Below are positions 1 to 11,319 of a stretch of DNA of 64,000 nucleotides, one piece after another. Below the pieces are notes generated by a model. That model was given only the letters and a program-made list of their open reading frames with translations, did not search any database and was not told the DNA's origin. Each line of letters opens with the position of its first letter. The stretch's first letter is position 1. A program made the position numbers and the translations under genes. Source of the DNA: Tubiluchus corallicola (taxonomy: Eukaryota > Animalia > Priapulida); assembly GCA_030141605.1 (NCBI GenBank), contig JAQGDQ010000862.1, positions 1 through 64,000 of the forward strand, given 5' to 3'.

Positions 1-560
1 TCAGCTGAACTCCTGGGAACGATGCCAGGGAAAGAGTTAAGTAAGAAAAATTGAATAAACCGAATGCCTTATAATGGAGAAAGATTTTGGAACATTTTTG
101 TTTTTACAGTGAAAAATTATCAGTTTGTCAAATCTGCTGATACTGTTACATATGAAACTGTGTTAACCAGGTAATATTGAAAATGCTGGGGGGAGAAAAT
201 TTTTGTAAATTATTTCAACGTCATTTCAAATCCTATCTTCAATAGATTAAAGGATTCAAAGTATCCTGTAAACTTGCAGTGAACAAAAACATTTTTCCAT
301 GTTATTACATTTTTTAGCAAATTAGCCACCCAACAACTGCTACCCCTGTGAAAACAAAGAGCTTTTGAATCCGAGGCCCATAAATATTTTTTGTTTTGTT
401 TGTTTTGCGATGTCAGAAATTTCTTAAATTTACTTAAAAATATCTTGTGTCAATAAATCAGCTTAGGAGCCTAGAGAAAGATGCCACTGAAAAAGTTAAG
501 AAAATAAAGCAGATTTTAAAGACTGCAGTACACACTTGGGAAAGATTTAAGTTAGGTTTG
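1..560 (+). repeat. Dispersed module A (copies ~12735-13255, ~31855-32290; partial 43195-43227, 16950-17080)
   Basis: Shared CCAGGGAAAGAGTTAAGTAAGAAAAATTGAAT.AACCGAATG and AAATTAGCCACCCAAGAACTGCTACCCCTGTGAAAA. Confidence 0.9.
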
Positions 561-2467
561 GAAGATTAGTTGTTATTTTGCAAAAAGCGATATACTTTAT
601 CTTTTCAGCATGAAACCTATTTATAGAACGAGTTTGACATTACGACATTTCGATTACCTTATAATTATTAAGCACATACATCATGCCGCCACGTTCTACT
701 GCTACCACGTTTATGAGTATGACAGAGAATCTACTTTTTCAGGCAGGCAGAAAAATTTTAATGAATAATTACATTGTAACTTCGATGAGTTTTGAAATGC
801 GAAAGTTTTTACTAATAAAGTAATGAATTGTCTAAAACCTTTTTTTATAAAATTTGTTGCGGTAGAGTAACAATTGTTTTTTCTACATTATTTAATTAAT
901 TACAAATGATTTACAAAAAAATAAAATTTGTTTCCTATAATTAAAAAAAATGTACATACTCCAATAGGTATTAGCAGGTATCATCAAAACCTTAAAGTCT
1001 TTTAAAAAATGTGAATACCTAGGACTTTTTTTAAGATCCCTTTATGTGAGTAGAAGTTACGGTGCGAATGCAAATGCTTTACACACAAATGGCTTAATAT
1101 GAAATTAATTGCTGAATCATTGCTGTAGAATCTTAACAAAAGAAACGACGCCAGCAACTAAAAATAAGTTACATTTTCTAGATGTTTTCCTTCTTTCATT
1201 TTCCTTTATTTTTTCATATTTTGGTGCCTTACATTTGTGCAAGGGAAAAATTGCCCATCGCTTATCTGGTCACAATGTCACTGTTGTTTTTAATCGAACT
1301 CTAAATTATTAAGCAAACTACCAGACTTCTACTAACTGACCAATTAATTAATTAAAGGAACATTCATATAAACTTTGGAGTTTGGCTGTGAATGCATCTG
1401 TTTTTATCCACTGGTACAGGGCTGATGCATTTTAATTCACGGATCTCAAATGTTTTTCTCGGTTTTACTACACAGTATGGTACAAGTACATATGTATTTG
1501 TATAAAAATGGAAGCTTGGAAGCTGATAATAGGTCCCTCCATGTCTGTGAGTTTCTACTGAACGGTTTATGTTAAATCTGACCATTTGGTTGGTTGCATC
1601 ACAGACTTGTTTCCCAGACCAGCAAAGTAAATTGCAACAATAGCGAAAGTTATGCATGCTCTTCAAACAACTACAGAACAACTTACGTTAATTAAATCTT
1701 ACGCCTGATAATTATTACACGACTGTTTCAATGTTGACCACAAAATCAAACTCGTGTCTGTTTTGAAAATGAGGCAATATTATAAATTACAAAACAACTA
1801 AAAATACATTAAACATATTTAGCACCAACTCTATTATCATTGAAACGAAACATCAAAAGCAACATATTGTCTGCTCTATAGTATTGCTTTCACTGATTTG
1901 AGAGTGTCATGTTGTTATTAATGAATGTTGTGAATAAATTGTCTCTTAACCTCAATTGAGTATACACTGACAAATATCAGAATGATTTTAAATTTTCTAA
2001 ATTTCCATTTGGCAGACTTTGCCATTAGTAGTGTAGAAGGAATTCAAAAAAATGCAAAGAATTTGTTTTGTTGTGCGTTCATGCGTTCTGATCAGCTGTT
2101 TACATATACCACAACAGCATGCGCCCATGTCAAGTCAAGATGACGAATTTCTTACAATAAGTTGATAACAAATAAATTAAACTGAATTCGTACTATAGTT
2201 TAGAATCCCTTTAAAAAATAAAAAACTTTTTATAAAAATAAAAAACAGTCGCCGCAGGTTTATTATGTACTTACAAATGCCGCTTCATTGCTATTTTATT
2301 GAAATATGTTACAATTCATCCTTAGAAAAGAGGCTATAGCAGACTGCATGATTGGCAGAAATGTAATAACTCTGTGGATAACAAGGTTTTTTGGTGATTA
2401 GGAACCTATTGGACATTTTATCTTCACCTGTTATTTCGTGAGAAAAGAATTGCTTTTAAACACTATG

Positions 2468-2611
2468 GGAGAGAGAGAGAAAGAGAGAGATAGGCAGGGA
2501 GAGACAGAGAGAAAGAAAGAGAGAAAGACATTTGATTCCATTTACTTGACTGTGAAATAACTCTTTATTTCAAACATAAATTCACACTGTAATTTGCATA
2601 TACAACATACA
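2468..2611 (-). mobile_element. 3' UTR and TC-rich tail of the older LINE split by the LOA element
   Basis: The minus strand reads AT-rich UTR, GAAATAAAG, then imperfect (TC)n (GA repeat on + at 2468-2530); same layout as 36600-36728. Confidence 0.6.
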
Positions 2612-2619
2612 ACATCAAA

Positions 2620-5600
2620 TAGGTTAGGGGGGCAGTGGTGTCGGGGAGATTGTATAGGATGGTAAAATCCCACCCCCCGACACTTTGCTGAGGCCTTCGA
2701 CAGGCCCATTGCAATTATTCACTGCTATACGTCTATTGGTCGTACTCGGCAAGCCTTCCCGCTTGCTTCAGATATGCCGCTAGTTTTTTCAGGTTTAAGT
2801 TCTCTACAACTGCTCTAAGTGTTGTATTTTTATTTCCCAGACATTTGATACGAGCACCCTGGTAGGCGGTGCATCGTCCCACGTGATGGTCCGGTGTTTC
2901 GTCTTCCTGACCACATTTCGGGCAAATCGCGGATTGTGCTCGAGAAGTGGTTTTTTTATGTTTTTGGAGATTACAGTGTCCGGTTAGGACCTGTATAACC
3001 ATGTTGAGTTGAGATCTACTGAGACTCAGGAGCCTATTGCAGACTCGGGCCGAGGCCCAGCCCACATGTTCCTTTGTTCTCTTGCAGTCCTCACGATTAT
3101 TCCACGACGTTTCCCATCGTTTTAGACTCCATCCCTTAATCGCGTAAACACAGCTAGCGTAAGGGACGGGCAGATAGGGTTCTGGTCCCTCCGGAGAGAG
3201 CTCAGATCCCTTTTTAGCAAGTTTGTCCGCCTCTTCGTTACCATGTACTCCTTCATGTCCAGGAATCCATGTAACCAAGACTCGGTTTCTTTTTCCAAGT
3301 ATGTTCAAGTTTTCAACACAACGTAAAACCGAGATAGATTTTACTGTATTGTTTTCAGTAGCTTTAATAGCCGCCTGGCTGTCTGACAGGATGACTATTG
3401 ATTGATTCTGGAGTCCTTCCGAAGACATTATCTCCGCCGCTTGTGAGATGGCGAAAACTTCTGCCTGGAAAACAGTACTCAATTTCCCAAGATAGAAGAA
3501 CTCCTCCAATACTCTGGACTCAGTCGGATACTCGATACGTATACCTTCACCGATCCTTCCGCCTAGTTTGGAACCATCGGTATAACACCTGACACAGTTC
3601 CTATCCATTTCGCCTTCCGATTTGATAGCGATTTCTCTTTCCTGAATCTGGCATTCGAAATATCTTTCGAACACGCGTGTTCTTTTTCTTAAATCACCCG
3701 GCATATGCAACAGTTGGAGGTCGCGCCTATAGCTATTGCACACATCGATATGACTTTTAGACTTACCAAAAGTTCCCACGGTCTTCGCTGTCCAGAGCCC
3801 CGCCGTATCTATACGGTACGACCCTCGGACCGCCTCCGACCGAATGAACTCGTCTATTGGTGTCATATTCAACAACATCTCCAATGCACCGGTAGGAATA
3901 CTTGGGAACGCTGAAGAAATCATTAAGCATGCTAATCTCTGTACTTTCTGGAGCATTTTCCTGAGGTACATTTTTTCCAACCCGCTGACCCAGGACACAC
4001 ACGCATACGTCATGAAAGGACGCACCATTGCCGTGTATATCCATTTCATGATCCGCGGTTGGATACCCCACATTTTATCAACAATTTGTCTGCATTGCAT
4101 AAGTGCCGCCGTCGCCTTGTTGGTGACCCGTGTTATATGGCTCTTCCAAGTCAGTTTACTGTCTAGGGTTACCCCTAGCAGTTTTGCTTCATTGGAGAGT
4201 TGAAGCTTCTGTCCATTCATCCAGAGATCCCCAATATTTGGATTTCTCTTGTTTGTGAACATGATTACTTCGGTCTTACTACTGCTGAATTCTAGTTCAG
4301 TTTTCCTGGACCATTCAGCAGCAATGTTAATTACATTTTGCGCCCTCCTTCTGACTGTCGATACGTTCGCACTAGCTATTAGTACTGCCAGGTCGTCGGC
4401 ATAGGCTTGTGCATAAATTCCATTTTCTTCAAATTCCCTAAGCAGAGAGTTCAATACACAGTTCCATAGCAAGGGAGACAGTATTCCGCCTTGGGGGTTT
4501 CCCTTTACTACTTCCCTCTTTATCGTGGCATCACACAGCTCTACTTGGACCGTACGGCACCTTACCATGTTCTCAATCCAGCGGATAAGAACTGGCGATA
4601 CCTCAAGTTCAAGCAATGCGGCGGATATGCTATTAAAAGAAACGTTATCGAATGCCCCAACAATATCCAAAAAGACACCTAGTGAGAGCTTCTTTTTAGC
4701 AAGACTACGTTCAATACGCTGCACATACTCGTGCAGAGCAGTTTCCGTGGAAACGCCTGCGCGGAAGCCATACTGCACATTGGATAGTCTTGCTTGTAAT
4801 TCAGTATCCTCGTTCAATTGATAGAGGACTATTCTCTCCAACCATTTCAGTTGAAATGACGTTAATGTTATCATCCGGAAAGACTTGACTTCTAAATAGC
4901 TATTCTTTCTGGGTTTCGGCAAAAATACTCCTTTCCCTTCCTTCCAGGATCTCGGTACATAACCATACCTGAGACATGTCTGGAAAAGCATGAGGTAGTG
5001 TTTTTTAATGTATTTCCATCCTTTCTGCAACAGGACTGGATATATACCATCCGGTCCCGGAGCCTTGAAAGGTTTGAATTCAAACAGTGCCGCTTTCACT
5101 CGTTCTTCCGAGCAAATGGAAGCGATGAATTCCTCATCCACGGTCGTGCAAACAGGCAAATCCGTGGATGTGTCTGGTTCCGTTACTCGACTCCCTGGTG
5201 ATAGGGTGTCGAGGAGCCGGTTTAAAGTTTCCTCCGGTGAACTGGTTAATTTACCGTCTTCTTTATACACACAGCTTAACTGCGCTGCTTTATTTCAGCG
5301 GAGGACCTTTACCAACCTAGCAGTTGGTGCCTGACCTTCCATCTTTTCCGTGAAACTCCGCCAGGATTGGCGTTTCGCCTTCCGGACGGCATTTTTGAAT
5401 ATAGACTGGGTTAGCTTTCTTGTTTCCCAGTCTCGTTGATTTTTAGTCTTAGTGGCTCTCCTGCAAGCCCTGCACGCCTCCTTGCGGAGACGGCTTAGCT
5501 CCGGATTCCACCATTTGTTCCCATCCTTCTTCCTCTGAATGTAATGGGCAAGCAGTTTCATAAGAATGAATAACAACAGCCTGAACTTCATCAGCCAAAT

Positions 5601-6633
5601 CCTCAATATCCTCATTGGAGGACACCTTGTATTCCCGGTTCAGTTCTGGAAGTTTATGCTCAAGTTCTTCCGCATACTTTTCCCAGCAAGTACGGCGGAT
5701 GTTCCTGATGAGTGGGTTTTCTTTTGAAATACTGCTTTTCACCAGGAATCTTATATACATGTGGTCCGACAGCGATGGCACGTCACTGACATACCAATCG
5801 CATACTATGTCCCCTGCATGCAGATTCCTCAGTGTCAAGTCTAGCACCTCTTCTCTTGTTTTTGTTAGGAACGATTGTTTACGGCCAACATTACAGAACT
5901 CAAGATTAGCGCTTGCACAATACTCCAAGAGTTCCTCACCCCTGTCGTTGACATCGGTGGAACCCCATAACGTATGATGCGCATTAGCATCAGTCCCCAC
6001 AATAATTGGAGTTTTATCGCCGTCCCCGAATGATATCAGTTCCCTGAGTAACATAGGGGGAGCCGGTTCATCATGCACCATGTATGCCGAGGCGAAAATG
6101 AACTCATCTCCATCCCGGCACACATTTTTTGCTTTAACCACCACAATGTCTGTATTCGAGAACACTGGAAGTAAAAAGCATTTTAGGTTAGGAGTGGCAT
6201 AAACGCACGCCCAAGGCCTTTCTCCATTCCGGTTTCCCTGGAACAGATCCCATCCTCGGAGTTTACCCCTAACTTCCCCACCGTGCGTCCAGGGTTCCTG
6301 TACAAAGACTAACCCGGTACGTATGTGTTTTACAACATCCTGCAAGTTGTAACTCGCAGCTTTGCTTTTGTGAAGATTGATTTGCCAGCACTCAATACCA
6401 GAGACACTTTGTGCTGGCTTCTCACCTATTTTATCCTAATTGTCCCGGGAAATAACATTCAATCTACCGTGGGTATTTCCACCGAAGACTGTCTGCGGCC
6501 GGGATTTTACTTTAGCCCCTGTTCCCATACTTTTCTGTATTTACGTTTCCATACTTGACTCGGGTGCCTTCATCTGCGATTGCTCGACAGACGGCAGCTC
6601 CTTTGTTCCAGTGGCAACGTCGGGGGTTTTTCC
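2620..6633 (-). mobile_element. 5'-truncated non-LTR retrotransposon, LOA/R1-type (APE-RT-RNase H-CCHC)
   Basis: TSD ACATCAAA at 2612-2619 and 6634-6641; more GC-rich than its flanks; carries ORF2 domains. Short structured 3' UTR ending ...CCCCCCTAACCTA. Confidence 0.92.
2733..6434 (-). pseudogene. LINE ORF2 (endonuclease, reverse transcriptase, RNase H, C-terminal zinc knuckle) with one frameshift and one nonsense codon
   Basis: APE motifs QINLH, VQEPW, GTDANAH, LDLT, SDH; RT motifs KAPGPDG, QYGFR, FLDIVGAFD, PQGGILSP, YADD; RNase H motifs YTDGSK, QAEV, SDSQAA, WIPGH..GNEEAD; CPKC..ETPDHHVGRC. Frameshift near 5537; in-frame TGA at 5295-5297 joins ORFs 5295..5615 and 2733..5270. Confidence 0.93.
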
Positions 6634-6641
6634 ACATCAAA

Positions 6642-7230
6642 CAAGCCAATACAAACAATCGCACATAACATAAATATAAAAATTGCAATAATAGTGTTTG
6701 CCATTACTGTCTTATGTAAATTTAGCATCGCTTGCTGAAATTCTCTGGTGCATTCAATTTTCGCTGAAATCAAATCTTTTCATTAAATTTAATACAGGTT
6801 TTGTACATAATACATCAAATACACTCATCTCACGAGCACTACAGTCATATGCATACCCAAAAGTGACTCATATGCATACCCAATCCGACTCTTTGTGTGC
6901 AGTTTTGAGTTTTAATATATTAAAATTATTAAAATGTCTCCAGGTTGACACACAACAGAATGAATTACAATAAACATTAAATAAATATTTTTATCACCAA
7001 TAAAACAATAGCTCTGATTTTTTTTTTGATAAGTTTGTTTGTACGACAGTAGTATAATAATCTTTGATTATGAATGTGAAGGTCATCTGGGTTATCATTT
7101 GAAATAATATGTTCTAAATAATTTTCATTATTGCAGGTGCATAGAACATTATTATCTAGTTTCATATTTGAATTAGCCAGGTCTTTGAAAGCTTTTCACT
7201 GCGTTCAACTTTGTTAACTTTTGTAAATAA
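6642..7230 (-). mobile_element. Degraded 3' part of an older LINE (RTE-X/L2-CR1-like) that hosts the LOA insertion; continues at 2468-2611
   Basis: Decayed peptide NYLEHIISNDNPDDLHIHNQRLLYYCRTNKL resembles YLGHIISRDNRDDLDVIRQADIYYSRANKL at ~36255-36345. Its 3' UTR (..GTTTGAAATAAAG) and TC-rich tail resume left of the LOA TSD. Confidence 0.7.
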
Positions 7231-7624
7231 GCTTATTGACTTTTGTGTTTTATGAATTTAATAGTTTTTATTTTAACAAATTTTTCTTAGTGCCTTATTC
7301 TTGCTTTAAAAGCAATACTGAAAAAAGTCACAGCTGCTATAAATCGCCATGGACAGATGTAGGCCTCACAGGCTTTGCTTATTGCACAAAATATTCGATT
7401 TGTAGCAAAAGTTATGGAACTGTGTTAAAATTAACGTTTTGATTTAATTACATAGCTGCACTCTCAAGAAATTAAACAAAGATATGTTTATTTGTGTTCT
7501 TACAATTCACGGCTGGGCTGTAATTCTATGGAACGGCCTGAACGAGCAATCTCAGCAGTCTGAGATTATTCTGAGCAGTAACACACAACCGTGCAGACAG
7601 CTTATGCCATTGTGCGCCACATTC

Positions 7625-8960
7625 TCTAATGCTCAGCCGCCAGGGCTATAATGACTGTTCAAACTTTTTTCTACTTTCTGCGTTTTGGGTATGCGAAGCA
7701 AGTCGATTACTTCTTAAATTATAATGGCGAAGGCGAGGTTCTTGAGCGAGCTGATTCAAAATGTAAACAAAGTGGAATCTTTCTTAAGGAGAGTTTTTGT
7801 GTCTACATGATTGATGCCAATTGATATAAATTTTCAATACGTGTTTTATATAACGTATTTGAACGTGACGTGTTCTAGTTCACTATATTTACTCCTTCTT
7901 GACCATAACTAAGCAGCGATTACATTACACTTGATAATTTTTGTACGTTTCTATTTCACACACAAAGACTTTCATGCAAAATTATATGTGGAATGCACCT
8001 TCTTACCATAAACAAAAAAGGTTTTTAAAATTTTTTTACAAACAAATAAAAAAAGATTTCAATAACTATTTGCACTTTAAAAAAGAATAGTTTTTGGTGG
8101 CATGAAATTGGGTAAGCCAGAACGATCCTCACACCCAACTCTGATTCCACTTTGACCTTAAGTCTGCTCCACTAAAGGAAAAATTCCTGTTAAAAGATGG
8201 AAAAATTTCAATTTGTTCTTTCCTAATGGAATGTTTTTTCCTGGAACAGCAGCAGAACCCTGCTAATCAATTTAGTGGTGTAAACGCGTCCACCACTTTA
8301 CGATGGGATTAGTTTCTGAGGTTTCTGAATTTCAAAACAATTGTGACACTTGATAATCAAACAAATGCTGCCAAAAAATAACTAAACAAACAAAATGACT
8401 AAGTTATGTTGGCGTCATCTAACAAGGAAAATCAATTTTCAGACTTTATTCGAAAGTGGCATCTTAAAATTCTCTTATGTGAACCACTAATAAAACATTA
8501 ACAATATCGACCATAGATATTTATATTGCAATGTAATACCTAGATAGGCTGCATCAATTTAATCAATTTAGTGATGCAACGCTCCCCCACTTTATGATGG
8601 GATTAGTTGAGCTTTATTCTTATAGAGTGAACATGTTTGCTTACGAAAAGCTTATATTTCGTAATTTCTTATATTTTCCTGAACTTTTAAAATTTTTCAT
8701 ATGAATATGTTAATATTGTCAATTGAATCTTTCAATTGTAATCGTCTTATCTCACTAATTATTACTGTTAGTCCTTGAACATTAAAAATTTTAATATTGT
8801 AATAGATTACATAATATTATGTAACTGTACTTGCCTGACATTATCTAATGTTACTGAGAAATTCCTTTAAATATGGCTAGATTTACTGTGCATGCCTGTT
8901 TTAATTATTATAAAAAAATATTGGAGTTGTGCTGCTTTTCGTGTAAATGTAGCAAATTTG
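7625..8960 (+). repeat. Segment duplicated at ~22565-24545 (with hAT MITE) and partly at ~27310-28080
   Basis: Shared TTTTGGGTATGCGAAGCAAGTCGATTACTTCTT..ATTATAATGGCGAAGGCGAGG and TCTGAATTTCAAAACAATTGTG.CAC. Confidence 0.9.
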
Positions 8961-9219
8961 CCTGAAAGCTTTAAAGACAGACTCAATGGAAACTTTTGCA
9001 CAAGATCGCTCAGCATGGCAGAGTGCCATCACCACAGGGGCTAAGACAGCAGAGGCGAAAAGAATTGAGGAGGCAGAGGAGAAGCGCAGGAGACACAAGG
9101 CATGTGACACTGCCAAACAACAGGTCCAAGCACACAGCGTCACCTGTGCCAAATGCCATCGAAATTTCCAGGCCAGAATTGGCCTAGTCAGTCACCTTCG
9201 AGCTCATCAGAGAATGTAA
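8960..9219 (+). mobile_element. 3' fragment of RTE/BovB-like LINE with C2H2 finger
   Basis: ETFAQDRSAWQSAI...KRIEEAEEKRRRHK...TCAKCHRNFQARIGLVSHLRAH is the typical RTE-BovB C-terminus. Confidence 0.85.
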
Positions 9220-9224
9220 GTGAT

Positions 9225-10500
9225 TTGTTTTGGTTTTTCGTTTTGTCTTCAGAATGTAAGGACGCTATTGGAGAAAAAAATAAAGAGAAAATAGTCATCA
9301 TTTAGTTTGTAATCACTTTGAGTAGTCTTGTGACTCATACAGGCGTAATTTTGGAATTCAGCAAAGAATTTTTAGTTCAAGAAGAAAATTTTACAAGCGA
9401 GGGTGACATTGCAATAAACTTGTAGTCAATAAAGTTTTTTACAAGTTTCTGTTTACGAAGGTGAATTTATAAAAAATCTAACAAGGAACATTAGTGTGGC
9501 AAAGCAGGTATTAAATAATAAAGCCTGTGTACAATAGACAAAAGTGTAATGCAACTTTGACAATAATGGAGGTTTTAACCACTTATGCACATCATTAATT
9601 ATGGTTAAGTATAATCACACAAAACAACCATTTTATAGAGATTTTGCAATAAAACCAATATAAGTTTATTGATGAAATTTAGAAAACCAGTGACAATAAA
9701 TGTCACTTAATATAATTGCAATTGCATAATAACGAAAAGTATAAATCTTGCATTGATTTTACTGATACGACATGCAGCAAAATTTATTCACAGGAAAAAT
9801 AACCAGCACACTCATTCACAAAATAGACTAAAATTTACTACTCACGGAGAAAAGCAGAAACTGAGGGTTTTCACACTTTTGGGAGAACATCACGAATTTT
9901 ACGCTCAAAATCGAAATTGGCAGAAATTAAATTTCACATCAGAAACTTAGAATTTCTTAAAAATTGCACAAAGTTCTTAAAAACACTGGAGCACACATCA
10001 ACACATTCCGTTATTCATATTTGCAATTAGCAATGATTGCATGACAAATGATATGCTTCGTACGCAAGATGCAAATGACTTGAAAAATGTCACGCCTAGA
10101 TACTTACATCGCCAATTAAAACATTTAGCGCTAGTTATTTCACTTCGTTTTATGCACTGCAGATAGAAATAATTGATTGACATATTTCATATTTGTTATT
10201 AATATTCATGTTTGTTTATGTAACGCATCTGTTTCTCTGTTTCATTTCTTTTCCTTTTGGGAAGCATGGTACATCTTGAAAAACCTGCTGTTTTACGTTT
10301 CTCTTTGATTTTGCTAAAAGTTACCAATTTTTTTAGCCGATAGACCCATTTAAAAGAGCAGAGTAACAACAGAAAAATATAAATTTTTGGATCTGTTTGG
10401 AAGTCAAAAACAAAAATTTGGTAAAAAAAACAGTGCGGGTAAAAAATTGGCTGTACTGGAGAGCTGAAAAGAAAAGCTTCAGCAGGATTTCCCGAAAAAT
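9225..10500 (+). repeat. ~1.3 kb segment duplicated at ~37815-39075
   Basis: Shared GCTATTGGAGAAAAAAATAAAGAGAAAATAG, ILLIR.AA.FIHRKNNQ.THSQNRLK and CATCTTGAAAAACCTGCTG. Confidence 0.9.
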
Positions 10501-11319
10501 TATTCGATATAGCTAGTGTGTGCAATCAAAACAATGGGAGACCTGCCTATTTAACATTTCATATGTCAACACTCACAACCCTATGCAGCAGCAACGATTC
10601 TGCTGCACACCACATCATGGATCCGCCTACCGAGTTTTTACCTAAGGGCTCACTTTTCACACATAAAAGACATTCTAAAGAAATCTACAATTAGGTCTAT
10701 ATTAAAAAGCTAGTCCATATATGCAGCCTTTAATGAAAAAAATAAAGCTTAGAATTTATAACGAAAAGCTCCTATTGTAATCTGATAGTGTGGCCTTTAG
10801 CCGACAAAGGTTGGGTAAATAATTACCTCAGCTGTATTAACTCACATTTGCTAACATACTGACGCATGCAACAAAAAATCATTAAACTAGTCGTGATTAA
10901 ATATCTTTCAATATGTTATGTAGCAATACCTGTTGTGCCCTTCCTGCCTCATAGAGGAAACAACTTGACCCGGAACTTAGTTTTGCACCTCACTTTCCAG
11001 CTGGCCATTCTATCCACTCAGTAATAAATATTAAAAAAATTATGGGGTAACTTATTAACCTGCTTGGTCTTTAGTGTAATATAATTACCCCTTTGTCAGC
11101 TAAGTTATCATCATCATAGCTGGAGTTTATCATTATTTGTCCTCAAAGAGCAGAAACAGGTCACATCTTGGTAATTGTGCAGCTATTATTTGGTTCTTAT
11201 CGTGCGATTTTTGTACTTTATAAAGTAAATTTGTTTCAGGATTATAGTTTATAGAATAAATTTAATAAATTTATTTCAGGATTATCGCACCATCTTCTTA
11301 ATATTGGTTTCTTAGTGCA

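Noticed and set aside
3223-5977. Many plus-strand ORFs of 60-120 aa (likewise 60702-63021)
   Set aside because: Antisense shadows of LINE ORF2 with no independent motifs.
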